NCBI GenBank assembly: GCA_026770705.1
Contig: JANJGN010000003.1
Location: forward strand, 114,886,001-114,950,000
From: Isurus oxyrinchus
Lineage: Eukaryota
Length of the DNA stretch: 64,000 nt
Reading direction: 5' to 3'
Under the pieces are notes generated by a model, which was given only the letters and a program-made list of their open reading frames with translations, was not told where the DNA came from and searched no databases. Of this stretch, positions 26,316-40,145 are shown in pieces; positions within the stretch are counted from its first letter, which is position 1; each line of letters begins with the position of its first letter. A program made the translations under genes and the position numbers.

Positions 26316-29149
26316 GGTGAGAGTTTGACATGGTGGTAATGTCACTGGACTAGTAATCCAGAGGCCCCGGCTATGACTCTAGGGAAATGGCTTCAAATCC
26401 CACCATGGCAGCTCGTGGAATTGAAATGCAATGAATTAATACATTCAATTAATTATTAAATCTATAATTGAAATCTGGTCTCAGTAATGCTGACCATAAA
26501 ACTATCGTTGATTGTTATAAAATCTATCTGGTTCGCTAATATCCTTTAGAGAAGGAAATCTGCTGTTCTTACCTGATCTGACCTACATGTGACTCCAGAC
26601 TCTTAATTACCCTCTGAAATGGCATAGTAAGCCACTTGATTGTACCAAACTGTTACTGAAAACTCAAAAAAGAATAAAACTGATTCGACTACCTGGCATT
26701 GACCCAGGCACTGGAAATGACAACAGCACACCCAGTCTTATCAACCCTGTGAAGTCCTCTTTAACATCTGGGGGCTTATGCCATTATTAGGAGAGCTGTC
26801 CCACTAGAGACTAGTCCAGTAACAACCTGACATTCTGTTAGGTATGATTTGGTGAGTATGGCGATATACCAGACAATCATCATCACTGGGTATGACCTGC
26901 CCCACCAGGACTGGGGTGGCAGGCGTCCACATTAAATGGGGGACTTCAATGTCCATCACTAAGAGTGGCTTGTTAGCACCACTATTAACACAGCTGGCTG
27001 AACCTACTACTCCTTGTCCTCACCAATCTACCTGTCACAGGTGCATCTATCTGTGACAGTATCGGTAGGAGTGACCACCCAACAGTCCTTATGGAGACTA
27101 AGTCCCACCTTCACACTGAGGATACCCTTGGTTTTGTTGTGTGGCCCTACCAATGGACTAAATGGGATAGGTTCAGAACAGATCCAGCAATTCAAAAATA
27201 GGCATCCATGAGGTGCTTTGGGCCATTAGCAGCAGCTGAATTGTATTCAGCCACAATCCGTAACCTCATGGCTCACATTGTCCATCACTTTAACATTACA
27301 ATCAAACCAAACCATTAACCCTGGTTCAATAAGTGTGTAGAACATGCCAGGAGTAGCGCCTAACAATGAACTTTTAATCTAGTGACGCTACAAAGCAGGG
27401 TTATCATGTCAAACAGTGGAAGCAGCCTGCGATAAGAGTAAGCGATCTCACAACCAATGGACCAGACCAAAGCTTTCTAGTCCAGTCCCATCCAGCCATG
27501 AATAATGGTTGAAAATTAACAACTAACCGGACAAGGAGGCTCCACTAATATCCTGATCCTCAAATTATGGTGGAGCCCAGCCTGTCAATGCAAAAGACAA
27601 GGTTGAAGCGTTTGCAACAGTCTTCAGCCAAAAGTGCTGAGTCAATGATCCATCGCGACCAACAGCTGAGGTCCCCAGCATCACAGTCTTCAGCTAATTC
27701 ATTTCATTCCATGTGATATCAAAAAACAGCTAAAGGCACAGGATGCTCCAAAGGCTGTGGGCCCAGACAACACCCAGCAGTTGTACTGAAGACTTGTGCT
27801 CCAGAACTAGTCGCTCGCCTAGCCAAGCTGTTCCAGGAACAGTGACAACACTGGCATCTACCCGACAATGTGGAAATTTGCCCAGATATGTCCTGTCCAC
27901 AACAAAATAGGACAAATCCAATCCAACCAATTACTGCCCTATCAGTCCACTCTCGATCATCAACGAAGTGATGGAAGGTGTTGTTGACAGTGCTATCAAG
28001 CAACACTTACATAACAGTGACCTACTCACTGGTGCACACTTTGGGTTCTGCCAGGTCCACTCAGACCCTGACCTCATCGTAGCCTTGGTCCAAACAAGGA
28101 CAGAAGAGCTGAACTCAAGACAAGGTAAGAGTGACTGCCCTTGACATCTAGACAGCATTTAACCAAGCCAAGGAGCTATCGCAAAATTGAGGTCAATGGG
28201 AATCATGGAGAACGCTTTACTGATTGGAGTCATAGCCAGCACAAAGAAAGATGGTTGGGGTTGTTGAAAGACAATCGTCTCAGTCTCAGGACATTACTGC
28301 AAGAGTTTCAGTACCTTTCGCAACTCCTCAGATACTGAAGCAGTCCATATCCATTTGCAGCAAGACCTGGACAGTGTTCAGGCTTAGGCTGATAAGTGAC
28401 AAGTAACATTCACACCACAAAAGTGCCAGGCAATGACCATCTCCAACAAAAGAGGATCTAACCATTTCCCCTTGACATTCAAGGGCATTAGCATTGCTAT
28501 CTTCCCCCACTTTCAACTTTTGAGGAGTTACCTTTGACCAGAAACTGAACTGGACCAGCATGTAAATACTGTGGCTACAAAAGCAGGTCAAAGACTGGGA
28601 ATTCTGTGGCAAGTAACTCACCTCCTGTCTCCCCAAAGCCTATCCACCATCCATAAGGCACAAGTCACGATTGTGATGGAATACACCCCACTTGCTTAGA
28701 AGAACGCCGTTCAAACAACACTCAGGAAGTTCAGCATCATCCAGGACATCAGCCTTGATTGGCACTCCCTTCACCACCATTGCACAGTGGTAACAGTGAA
28801 CACCATATACAAGAGGCACTGCAGCATCACACTAAGGCTCTCCTCCTTCCAAGCTTGTGCCTTCTCTCACCTAGAAGGACGAGGACAGCAGACGCTTGGG
28901 AACACCACCACCTCTGTAAATTCCCCTTCAAGCTACACACTATCCTGACTTGGAACTATAATGCCAATTCTTCACTGTTGCTGGATCAAAATCCTGGCAC
29001 TCCCTTCGAACAGCACTGTTAGTGTACCTGCACCAGATTGAATGCAGTGGTTTAAAAAGGTGGCTCACTGCCATCACTCCCAGGGAAATTGGTAATTGGA
29101 AACAAATTCCTGGGCCAGTGACGCCTACAGCCTATGAAAGAAATAAAAA
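26316..29149 (+). mobile_element. Decayed CR1/L2-group LINE with a tRNA-derived 5' head and apparently a single EN-RT ORF
   Basis: Anticodon arm CTGGA-CTAGTAA-TCCAG at 26345-26361 and a B-box near 26390. Endonuclease motifs NIWGL and MGDFNVHH; RT motifs LKTCAPEL, NYCPISPLS and FGFCQ; A-rich 3' end. Confidence 0.8.
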
Positions 29150-30043
29150 TCCCCTTACCTTCACCTCACCAAATATGATATGCTTTATGAACAGCACTCA
29201 CAAGCCCTATTGCAACCGTTGGAAGTCCTTGAATAGCCCATAAAACTCCAAGTAAACAACCAGGCATGGCGGGTGCAGGTTCTGGGGTCTGGTCCCTCCA
29301 TCACCCTTGTGAAAATGACCGAGGGCAAAAACGGAGGCAGGAATCATGGCTGCCCTGCTAGGCAGCTTTTCTTTTCCTATCCCAAAGGGAAATCTGGCAC
29401 TGGGTATTAACAACCAACCCCATTTTGAGACCTTTACAAACTTTTACAAAATTTTACCCCATTGTGTAAAAATGGAGGTTGGAGGGAGGTGTTGGTTGGG
29501 GTTGTGGTGTCGGGCCTGGGGGTGGGGAGAATTGATGGGGGAAGGTCAAGAGTTGGGGGGGAGAGTCGAGCCTGCAGAGGTTGGACTTACCCAGGGTAAG
29601 GGAGAAATCAGGAATTGGACCCGGGGAGGCGGTGGGGGTAGGGTTGGGTGTGTGGCGGTGGAGGGGGGATGGTGATGGGGATGGCTCCCTTGAGGTTGAA
29701 GGAGTAGGGGAGTCCCTCTGGGGTTAGGGGAGTTGGGGGGGCGGGGGCCGGTGGGTCAGTACAATAGTTACCCAGAAGCTAGAAGTGGTTTTAATTCTTC
29801 TAACTTTTTCTGGGTAACTATTAATGTAAGACAGCCGGAACCATCTGAAGCTTGCAATTTATGTCGCATGTTCAGATGATTGCCAGTGTAGGGCAATTGC
29901 CCATCAGAAGTTTGAATTTCCCAGGCAGTTACCATGCAGTCCTTACCTGGGAACTTCCGGGGGTGGGGGGGGGGGGGTGTTCCCTAGCGCATCTTTGGGC
30001 TACCCCCCAGTTACACTGTCCTGGCTCTCGGAAGTTGCAGCCC

Positions 30044-30340
30044 ATGCTTAAACTTCCAGATAAAGACCATAAGGTAAATGAAGAGGTGCTTGAAATTGCA
30101 AGAACAAAACAAACTCTTTAAAAAGTGACATCCAGAAAGGAATTTGATTAGAGCTGAAAAGCTACAGAGATTTCTCTTAGAGGACAAAGTGGAGGGCAGC
30201 AAAAAGAGGGATCAAACTAGGTGTGGTTGAATGATGGACATCACAGAATAGTACAGACAAGCTACGGTGGACAAGTGAAGATAGCGCAAGACAGACAAAA
30301 GTGACATAGCATGACTGCAGATTTCCTGGTAGGAATAGCT
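30044..30340 (+). mobile_element. RTE-clade LINE 3' fragment
   Basis: MLKLPDKDHKVNEEVLEIARTKQTL resembles RTE MLKIPWxDxVTNEEVL. Confidence 0.5.
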
Positions 30341-30354
30341 ACAAGTAGCAGAAA

Positions 30355-30515
30355 GGGTGGACTGGACCTCAGTTTAACATCTCACCCAAAAGATGGCACC
30401 TCTGACAGTGTTGCATTTGAATATCAGCCTTTATTTTGTGCTGAAGTCTCTGGAATGGAGCTTGAAAACTCAACCTTCTGATTCAGATGCAAGAGTGGTA
30501 TCACTGAGTCACAAT
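30355..30515 (-). mobile_element. Deu-domain tRNA SINE fragment (SacSINE1-like)
   Basis: cctcagtttaacatctcacccaaaagatggcacctctgacagtg is the reverse complement of the Deu domain start; a tRNA-like head lies at the right end. Confidence 0.6.
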
Positions 30516-30633
30516 GGCACCATATTCAAATGTTTTTTGTTTGTTATTCTATGTTGATTTGTAACTGTCGATTTTTAGTTATTTGCAGAAAAATGATTCC
30601 ATTTGTAATTTTACTATTTACATTTGCTTTCAG

Positions 30634-30791
30634 ATTTTAATGAAGCAGTACCAGAAACAGAGAGACTGGACAGCAAAGTGCTAAAAGCTCGAGCTCATCT
30701 TTCAGGCAAATCAAAACGACAGCGGCCAACTCGGTCTAGGGTACATGACAGTGTCAGTTCAACTGATGGTGATGACAGTCTTGAGCGGAAG
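30634..30791 (+). CDS. PPP1R9A: Neurabin-1 coding exon, phase 1-0
   Basis: Acceptor ttgctttcag, donor AAG|gtaaat. Encodes (D)FNEAVPETERLDSKVLKARAHLSGKSKRQRPTRSRVHDSVSSTDGDDSLERK, a close match to neurabin-1. Confidence 0.95.
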
Positions 30792-31739
30792 GTAAATGTA
30801 ACATCTGTTTTAAGAACCATGTACATTTTTTAATGAGGCTTCAATTTTATTAACTTGCTAAGAAACTCTTAAACTTGTAGAAGTTTCACCCTATTCTTTA
30901 ATCCAAGTTTTACAGTAAAATCTTGCCTTGGCAACACAGTTGTTGCCTTCAGTCCATGGCAGTGGGATTGTAAAAATATCTTAAGATTTGATTTCTCAAA
31001 GTAGAGCATTATATTTTTAAAAATGTACGTTCATTAAGGTTGTTTTGGGAATAAGCTATTTTAAGAAATGGCATCATTAATGTTTTGCAGCAGGCACATT
31101 TAACATTTAACAGTCCCAGAAAGAATATGTTTTGTAGATGAGCACATAGTTCAACTTTCATTTGACAATTAAGATAATAGGAGCGTTCTTTGTTTTGGAT
31201 TCACCCCCTCCCCTGACTCAAACGCCCCAGACATCACTTACAATGCAGCAATCTAAAGCTTTACTTTGAAAAGTTAGGGACAAAAATCATGTACAAAATT
31301 CAAATTAAAAGACAGAATTCCACATCTGGGTTTGTTAAATACTATGCTTCGCTGAAAAAAAGTGCAATATTGAGGTACACAAATTTAATAAAATTTTACA
31401 ACAATTTTACAGCTTGTGCTGGCTGTATGAAAGAGCTCTTCGCTCTGTCCCATTCTGCTGCACTTTTCCAATAGCACATTTAAAGATTTCATTTTCAGAT
31501 GTTTATCCACTTCTCTTTTAAAAGCTAATATGGATTCTGATTGTTCCTGGTAGATCATTCCACATCCTAACAACTCTCTGTATTTTTTTTAAAAAGAAGC
31601 TCTTTACTTCCTTTTTTGGGGATGATCTTAAAAAAATTGTGACCTCTAGTTACTGACTCACTGATCAACGGACATAGTTTTTCCTGGTTTATTTCATGTG
31701 ACCTATAATTCTGAATTATAAAGCTCTCGTGATTTTAAA

Positions 31740-32340
31740 CAAAAAAGCAAAAGAAGCTGGCAACACACAAGCAATTCAGTGTTTGTGGAGAGAACAGATA
31801 TTCAATGTTTCAATTGCAAATCCTTCTTCAAAATTGAGACATGGACAGGCATATTTATATGATCAAAGAGGAAATAATATAGAAAAATAATCAACAGCCA
31901 AATAACATGTAATAGATCACCTTAGTTAAATAGACAGAAGCATTAAAACATTAGAACCAAAGGCAATATGTATTGGTATGGAAATGGGAAGTCTGAAGTA
32001 AATGTGAAAACAAGGGAGAGATGGAAAATATAGAACATCTGCAGGTCAGATATGAAATTAAAGCTGGTATGGAAATGAGAATATAGCTAATCTCTGAAGT
32101 TAATATGCAGGGTTACATGGCATCTAAGAGAAAGCTGATATTCTTCCTGAATTTTGCATTGAGCTTCATTGGAACAGCTAAGCAGGCCAATGTCAGGAAA
32201 GTGACAAGCTACAGGTATTATTGGCCACATTTGCGATTAAAATGGAGATGTTTGGCGAAGCAGTCGCCTAGTTGCATTTGGTCCCCAATATGGAAGAGAC
32301 CACAGCCTGAATGTTGGTTTTTCATCTCTTCAATTTTCTT
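31740..32340 (-). mobile_element. Old Penelope-like 3' remnant
   Basis: Similar to 475-560 and 870-1440 (tttggcgaagcagtcgcctag; aagctgatattcttcctgaattttgcattgagcttc). Confidence 0.5.
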
Positions 32341-32372
32341 GCATTTACAGTCTGTTGTCTTCTGTATTTGTA

Positions 32373-33110
32373 GGCAAGACTTTTAGATTCCACTGAGGGC
32401 AGAAAAGCAGATGGCCGAGTAATAATAACGTGCCAGTTGCCCATCAATGTTTCTACTGCCAGTGAATTTCATTAAGAAGGGGTAGGCCAGCCCCAGAAAT
32501 ACACCCAATTTGTGAATAAGGCCAATTAAAGTAGTTAATGAGCCTATTGAGAGCTTGCAGAAGGCCAGTTTGGAATTTTGGGGGAGATACACAGGTTACA
32601 TGTTGAGTCAGAGGAAGACCAGATACATGGAGAAAGCAACAGAGCAGGGAGCCAGTACTGGTGGGCCCAAAAAATAGTGTACATGTCTGAGAGAGGCACA
32701 CAGCTGCTATTGAGTGCACACAGCTTGCGGGGAAGTGTGTTTATGAGCATGGGCAGTGCAGAGGGTTACAACCCTTCTAGCATTGTGGGGGCTGAAAAGG
32801 AGGGGATAAGGCTTCTAGATATGATTGAGTACAGGAAAGGCAATAGCTGCTAATGAGAGCATGACCCTCAGATTTTGAGTGCAGTGGTCATGAGGAGCAA
32901 CGTCCTCTGAAGGATAGGCAGAGCTCTGGGCATAAGATGACCAGTGGAGAAGGACAAGGAGCAAGAAGGTTACAGAGGCCGTACCCACAGCATTGGTTTT
33001 ACCAGTGAAGATGGAACTACCTTGAGATGTTGAAGAACCATTGGCAGAGGAGACTACAACCCACCAGGCAGATGGTCACAGAGATTTGCGCCTTTGTGTC
33101 GGAAGACCTT
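32373..33110 (+). mobile_element. PIF/Harbinger transposase 5' fragment
   Basis: 32976-33110 encodes RPYPQHWFYQ*RWNYLEMLKNHWQRRLQPTRQMVTEICAFVSEDL, like the Harbinger transposase N-terminus. TIR-like GGCAAGACTTTT at 32373. Confidence 0.55.
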
Positions 33111-36100
33111 ACATAAGAACGTAACATAAGAAATAGAACGGGAGTAAACCATTCGGCCCATCGAGCCTGCTCCGCCATTCAATACGATCATGGCTGATCA
33201 TCTTGTTTTTCGATTTCCACATTCCCATCTAACCCTGATAACCTTTGATTCCCTTGCTCAATAAGAATCTTATCTACCTCTGCCTTAAAAATATTCAATG
33301 ACCCTGCCTCCTCCACCACCTGAGGCAGGGAATTCCAAAGTTGCACAACCCTCAGGGAAAAAAAATTCTTCTCATCTCTGTCCTAAAAGGGTGACCCCTA
33401 ATTTTAAAACAGTGCCCCCTAGTTCTGGACTCACCCACAAGAGGAAACATCCTTTCAACGTCTTCCTTGTCAAGGCCATTCAGGATCTTGTATACTTCAA
33501 TTAAATCACCCCTTCTAAACTCGAGTGGAAACAAGCCCAGCCTGTCCAGCCTTTCCTCATAAGACAACCCACTCATTCCAGGTATCAATCTAGTAAACCT
33601 CCTTTGAATTGCCTCCAATGCCTTTACATCCTTCCTTAAATAAGGAGACCAAAACTGCACACAGTATTTGGGGTGCGGTCTCACCAATGCCCTGTATAAC
33701 TGAAGCATAGCATCCTTACTTTTCTGTTCAATTCCCCTCATAATAAAGGATAGCATTCCATTAGCCGCCTTAATTACTTGCTGTACCTGCATACTAACTT
33801 GTTGTCACTCATGCAGTAGAATACCTAGGTCCCCCAGCACCTCAGAATTATGTAGCCGTTCTCTATTTAAGCAATACTCTGCTTTTTTTGTTCTTCCTGC
33901 CAAAGTAAACAACTTGACATTTTCCCACATTAAACGCCATTTGCCAGATCTTTGCCCACTCATTCAACCTATCTATATCCAACCTCCTCATGTCCTCTTC
34001 ACAACATACTTTCCTACCTTTGTGTTGTCTTCAAATTTAGCTACCATGTCTTCACTCCCCTCATCTAAGTCATTGATGTAAATCATATAAAGCTGAGGCC
34101 CTAGTACAGACCCCTATGGGACTCCACTCGTCACATCTGCCAATCAGAAAAAGACCCATTTATTCATACTCTCTGCTTTCTGCCTGCCAGCCAGCCTATC
34201 CTCTGTCCATGCTAATATGTTACCCCCTACACCGTGCGCTTTTATTTTCGATAATAATCTTTGATGTGGCACCTTATCAAATGCCTTCTGGAATTCCAAA
34301 TACAGTATGTCTACAGGCTCCCCTTTATCACTGCGCATGTTACTGCTTCAAAAAACTCCATTAAATTGGTTAAACATGATATTCCTTTCACAAAAGCATA
34401 CTGACTCTTCCTATTGCCTTGAGCTCTTCTAAGTGCCCAACAACCTCCTTAATGATCGATTCTAATAACTTTCCCATGACAGACGTCAAGCTAACTGGCT
34501 ATAGTTTCCTCTTTTCTGCCTCCCTCCCTTCTTGAAAGAGGGGCTATATTTGCTACTTGCCAATCTGATTGAACCTTTCCAGAATCTAGCAAATTTTGGA
34601 AGATTAATACCAGCGCATCGTTAGCCACCTCTTTTAAGCCCTAGGATGCAGTCCATTAGGATCTGGAGACTTGCCAGCCTGCAGCTCCATCAATTTGCTC
34701 AGTACCGTTTCCCTAGTGATTTCAATTTCACCAAGCTCCTTTCTCCCGTTCGCCACCTGATTTGCAGCTATTACTGGAATGTTTTTTGAATTCTCTGTAG
34801 TGAACACAGAAGCAAAATATTTGTTCATTTCTTCCGTCATTCCCTTATTATCTACTATTAATTCCCCAGTGTCACTCCCTAGAGGACCAACACTCACTTT
34901 ACTTACTCTTTTCCTTTTTAAATACCTGTAGAAACTCTTGCTATCCATTTTTACATTTCTAGCTAACTTCCTCTCATACATTAATTTCTTTCTCCTGATT
35001 AGCCATTTAGTTATTCTCTGCTGTTCTTTATATTCTGACTAATCATCTGTCCTGCCACTCATCTTTGCGGAGTTGTATGCTTTTTCCTTAGGTTTGATGC
35101 TTTCATAGATGCATAGAAACCAGGAGCAGAAGGCCATTTGGCCCTTTGAGCCTGTTTCCACTATTCAATTTGATCATGGCTGATCCTCTACTTCAATGCC
35201 ATATTCCCACTTTCTCTCCTTACTCTTTGATGCCCCTAATATACAAAAAATTGTCAATTTCTTTCTTGAATATACTCAGTGTCCCTGCCTCCACAGCCTT
35301 GTATGGTAGAGGATTCCACAGGTTGACCACCCTCTGAGTGAAGAAATCTTTCCTCATCTCAGTCCTAAATGGCCTTCCCTGTATCCTGAGACTGTGACTC
35401 CTGGTTCTAGACTCCTCAACCAGGGGAAACATCCTCCCTGCATCTAGTCTGCCTAGCTCTGTTAGAATTTTATACGTTTCAATCAGCCCCTCTCATTCTT
35501 CTAAACTCTGGAGAATACAGGTCCAGTCGAGCCAATCTCTCCTCATACGACAGTCCTGTCATCCCCGGTATCAGCCTAGTGAACCTTCGTTTAACGTCTT
35601 TAATTAACCATGGATGGTGGGTCCTCCCCTTAGAATTTTTCTTTATAGTAGGAATGTACATGTTCTGTATACTCTGGGATATCCCCTTAAATGTCTGCCA
35701 CTGCTTCTCTATTGATTTATCCTCTAGCCTATTTTCCCAGTTCACTTCAGCTAGCTCAGCTTTCATCCCCACATAGTTTCCCTTAAGTTTAAGATACCAG
35801 TCTTAGACCTGCTCTTCTCCCTTTCAAACTGGATGTAAAATTCAATTCTATTGTGGTCGCTGCTACCTAGGGGTGCCTTTACTCTGCGGTCATTAATTAA
35901 TCCTTTTATGTTACACAATATCAAGTCTACTATAACCTGCTGTCTGGTTGGTTCCAGAACATGCCGCTCTAAGAAACTATCTCAAAAGCATCCTAAGAAC
36001 TCGTCATCCAGGCTACTACTGCCAATCTGATTTTTCCAGTTTATGTGCAGATTAAAATGACCCATGATTATTGCCATCCCTTTATCACAAGCACAAAATG

Positions 36101-37555
36101 TTTTCTCTTGAATATTTTGTCCTACACTGTGGCTAATCTCAGGGAGCCTGATGACCACTCTCACTAATTTTCCCCGACTATTCCTCATCTCCACCTAAAC
36201 CGATTCTACACTCTGATCTCCTGAACCACATCATTTCTAACTATTGCACCAATGCCCTCTTTGATTAACAGTACTACCCCTCCACCTTTATCTCGCTTCC
36301 TATTCTTCTTGAATGTCATGTGCACTTCAATATTAAGGACCTAATCTTTGTCGTCCTGCAGCTACGGCTCCGTAATTGCTATCAGATCATATTATTTACT
36401 TCAATGTGGGCTGTCAATTCATTTACTTAGTTATGAATGCTACGTGCATTCAGATAGAGAGCCTTCAGTTTTGTCTTTTTGTTACCTTTGTAAAATCTAG
36501 TATTGACTGTTGATGTATTCTTAGGTTTTTTTTTCTCTGTCCTTTCCTCCCATTCTCTGACTCTCATTTCTCGTATTACTATTTTGCTTTCCTGCCTTGA
36601 CTCTACACCTTGAATTGCTTCCTCTACCCAAGCTTGATCCCTCACCCCCCTCTTATTTAGTTTAAAACCCTCTCTACTCCCCTAGTTAAGCGATTTGGGA
36701 GGACACTCGTTCCAGCACAGTTCTGGTGTAAACCATCCCAACAGTACAGCCCCCACTTTCCCTAGTATGGATGCCAGTGCCCCACAAATCGTAACCCATT
36801 TCTCCCACACCTGTCTTTAAGCCATACATTCATCTCTCTAATCTTATTTGCCCTATGTCAATTTGCATGTGGCTCAGGTAGTAATTCAGAGATTATTACC
36901 TTTGTGGTTCTGCTTCCTAATTTTGTACCCAACTCCTCATACTGACTTTGCAGAACCTCTTTCCTAGTTCTACCTTTGTCATTGGCACCTGGATCCTCCC
37001 CCTCATGCTGCAAGTTCCTCTCCAGCTCTGAGCAGATGTCCCCAAACCTGGCACATATTTGCCTGGACTCTCACTCTTTGCTGAAGAGAACAGTTTCAAT
37101 CCCCCTCACTATAATATCCCGTACTACCACTACATTCCTTTTTGTTCTCCTTGCTTGAATGGATTCCTGTACCACAGTGCCCTGGCCAGCCAGCTCATCC
37201 ACCTTGCAGATTTTGCTTTCAACCACACGGGTTGTGAGCATCTCAAATCTGTTTGATAATTACAAAGCCTGAGGCTCCTGCCCCTACCGTCTGCTCAGTC
37301 CCATTACCTGCCTTACATCCTCCTCTCCCTTACTGCTGACCAAAACAGATGACCCTCTTCTAAGAGGTGTAACTGTCTTCTGGAACAAGGTATTCAGGTA
37401 TTTCTCTCCCTCCCTTATGTTGTGCAGTGTCTGCATTTTGGCTTCCAGATTACTAATCCTGTTTGTGGAATTCCTCAAGCTGCTTACCTGGATCGCCTTG
37501 GTCTCCAAAAGCTCCCATATCCCACAGCTGTAACATAACGCCTGTCCTGCCATTC
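33111..37555 (-). mobile_element. Near full-length decayed CR1 LINE
   Basis: ORF1 N-terminus MAGQALCYSCGIWEL and esterase. Endonuclease LYLNARSI and IMGHFN. RT YLEFQKAFDKVPH. C-terminus YCVQFWSPY...RGDLIEVYKIL. 3' tail repeats acataagaa. Confidence 0.88.
35104..35590 (-). mobile_element. 5'-truncated CR1 3' end nested in the larger CR1
   Basis: A second copy of RRFTRLIPGMTGLSYEERL...FFTQRVVNLWN and a tail, interrupting the host ORF2. Confidence 0.8.
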
Positions 37556-38183
37556 TAGCTTATGTTTTTTTGTAATTCATTCAAGTGGCTAGGCCTCTTG
37601 TTCAAAGGGCATTTTAAGAGTCAACCACATTGCTGTGGGTCTGGAGTCACATGTAGGCCAGACCAGGTAAGGACAGCAGATTTCCTTCCATTAGTGAACC
37701 AACAATCGACAACAATGTTCTTACATCAATCAACAATGGTTTCAGGGGCAATGCATTCTCAGTGGTACATTGTGTTTATGCTGAAATGTTCCAGGAAATG
37801 TTGGTCCATAATCTCTAAATTTCACCAGTATTGTATAAACTTTCATATTATTCCATTAAAGTTTAAGGAATCTGAAATATGTAAAATCTGCCTTTTATTG
37901 AATGCCAAATCAAGCAGTCTCGGTAACTTCTGTGACCCAAATATACCTGTGGTTTGTCTTTAACTTAATGCTACTTTTAGCCGTGAAGTGTGTGGTAATT
38001 CTCCCTATATTTTCCCCTCCTTCCTATGGTGATGCTGCAGCGATTAGGAATTTGGTGACATGCAGGGGTCCAACGGTATAATAATTGCATAATTTCAACT
38101 ATGCCAGCAATTTGAATTGCCATTTTGTATGCTATTCAGAAACTCACTTGCATTCTGTATTTCTCCCTTATTTAAAATAAAAG

Positions 38184-38502
38184 CCTTTAGATAGCTATGG
38201 AAGTCCCACACACATTTCCAGATCCCCCCTGCCAGCATCCTTGAGGACGTGTTCACCAGCATCTGATTCTGGAGCCTCTTCATTATCTCCAGTAGCCAGC
38301 AATGCAGTCTTCACATTTGACACCACAGTGGAAAATCAAGTTCTGGGAGAACATAATCAGCGAGTTTTGACATCACCAGAGCGGCCTCCCGAGGATTCTG
38401 TGGGAGGAACCCCAACCTCATCGCCTTCAAAATCCTGTCATCATGCTACATTGCCTCCATTGCATCATACGGACAAACAATGCAAAATGAGAAAAGCTGA
38501 AG
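38184..38502 (+). CDS. PPP1R9A: Neurabin-1 long-isoform exon, phase 0-1
   Basis: Acceptor aataaaag after a pyrimidine tract, donor GAAG|gtataa. Encodes PLDSYGSPTHISRSPLPASLRTCSPASDSGASSLSPV...KMRKAE, resembling mammalian LRTSSPESDSG. The acceptor position is the least certain part. Confidence 0.8.
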
Positions 38503-39136
38503 GTATAAGAAGATATTGTTTATAATTTTGCTGGCTATCTAGTCTCTGCTTTTTAGTATAGTTATTGTAATAGTAGAAGTTATTATAACGGAATCAAAAG
38601 CATACTCGTAACTGCCTAATAAAAGTCTATAATACATCAATTCTATATCCACTTTATAAAGATGGCAATGGTAATTTAAAAGAAATGCTAAGTTTTTTAT
38701 TTTATCTAAGCTATCTAATGTGAATGTGATGGTTTAGGTGGTTGTGTAGTGGCGTTGTCTCAGCAATGTGGTTGACTCTTAAATGCCCTCTAAACAAGGG
38801 CAATTAGGGATGGGCAATAAATGCTTGCATGGCCAGGGATGCCCACATCCCAAGAATGAATTTTTTTAAATTTAATGACAGAAATGCCATGTAGTCTATT
38901 TTTGACAGGTTTATGTACATTCTCTTCATGGGCATCCCAATTGTGCAAAGAGTAAATGAGAGCTAAAGATGGTGTAGTCTGATACTGCAGGTGTCAGATA
39001 ATAATCCTAGAATTGAAATGACCAAGTTTGAGTGAGTGCAATTTGCTCTGTTTTGCTTGTATGTTAACAAAGATGCCTTTTTATCAGAGGGAGAACCATT
39101 TTGTGTGTTTGTCTAAAATAACACTGTTGTTTCCAG

Positions 39137-39224
39137 ATGACAACAGAGGTATTCCTTCACCAAAGAAAGTCAGTCCTCCTGTGAATCAGAAAGAGAACAC
39201 AAAGCAAAAGTTGGCTGACTTTGG
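39137..39224 (+). CDS. PPP1R9A: Neurabin-1 long-isoform exon, phase 1-2
   Basis: Acceptor ttgtttccag, donor GG|gtatgt. Encodes (D)DNRGIPSPKKVSPPVNQKENTKQKLADF(G); phases fit both neighbours. Confidence 0.8.
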
Positions 39225-39899
39225 GTATGTTCTTATTTATAATCCATCAATATAGTACGCTGCTCTTAATCTGAAGCTGTCAGTTGCATATTATCTGTTT
39301 GAATTGACATAGTTCAAAACAAAAATCCTAAACTAGCTTATTCAAACCTTCACAATAAGGAGTGTAAAGACAGCTCATCCATTTGTAATTATGTGCTACT
39401 TGATTTCCTGTGGCGTTGCACATGGTGGTGCTAATTTTAACTTTGGGGTATACTGTAAAATTTGTAATAGTAAATGAACTACCTATTATGCGCTCCACAA
39501 TTTTCCCTTCCATTCATTTCACTGGAACGGAAAAATCGGTCTTTGTACATACTAGGTGGCCACTTCAATATTGCCCGTTTTACACTTCCACCCAATTTTA
39601 AAATTAGCCCTTGAGAGGCAAGATCAAATCTTTAGATTCAAGGCAGGGGGATAACTAGCTTCAGATGGGAAAGGCACAGAAGACCAGGAGGTGAGAAGGT
39701 TGGTAGATGTAAAGAAGCTAGATGGGGAGAGGGGAGGTAAAGATAAGAGGTTGAGGGAGAGGGTATATTAGCAGATGAAGAGAGAAGGAGGGTGATTAGG
39801 GGAAGGATAGGAATGCAAAAAAGATGGGTAAATGTTGATGCTGTAAGTGAGGTTGTAAGAAGGTTGAAAGTCAAGAGGCATAGATATGCAGTTATTTTC

Positions 39900-40145
39900 T
39901 ATCACAGTATCTGTACAGTTCAGAAGGAGGCCATTCAGCCCATCAAGCCTGCACTGACTTTCTGAAAGAGCATTCCACCTGGTCCCACTCCCCTGCCTTA
40001 TCCCCATAACCTTGTATATTCTCTCTCTTCAGGTAGCAATCCAATTTCTTTTTGAATACCTTGATCGAACCTGCCTCCACCACCCTGTCAGGAAGTTTGT
40101 TCCAGACTCCAACCACCCTCTGGGTAAAAAAATCTTTTTCTCTAG
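39900..40145 (-). mobile_element. CR1 3' tail fragment
   Basis: FFTQRVVGVWNKLPDRVVEAGSI and tail gggctgaatggcctcct. Confidence 0.75.

Noticed and set aside
26316-26410. Functional tRNA-Thr(AGT) gene
   Set aside because: The variable region is oversized, the boxes are degenerate, and it runs directly into a repeat body found elsewhere in the window.
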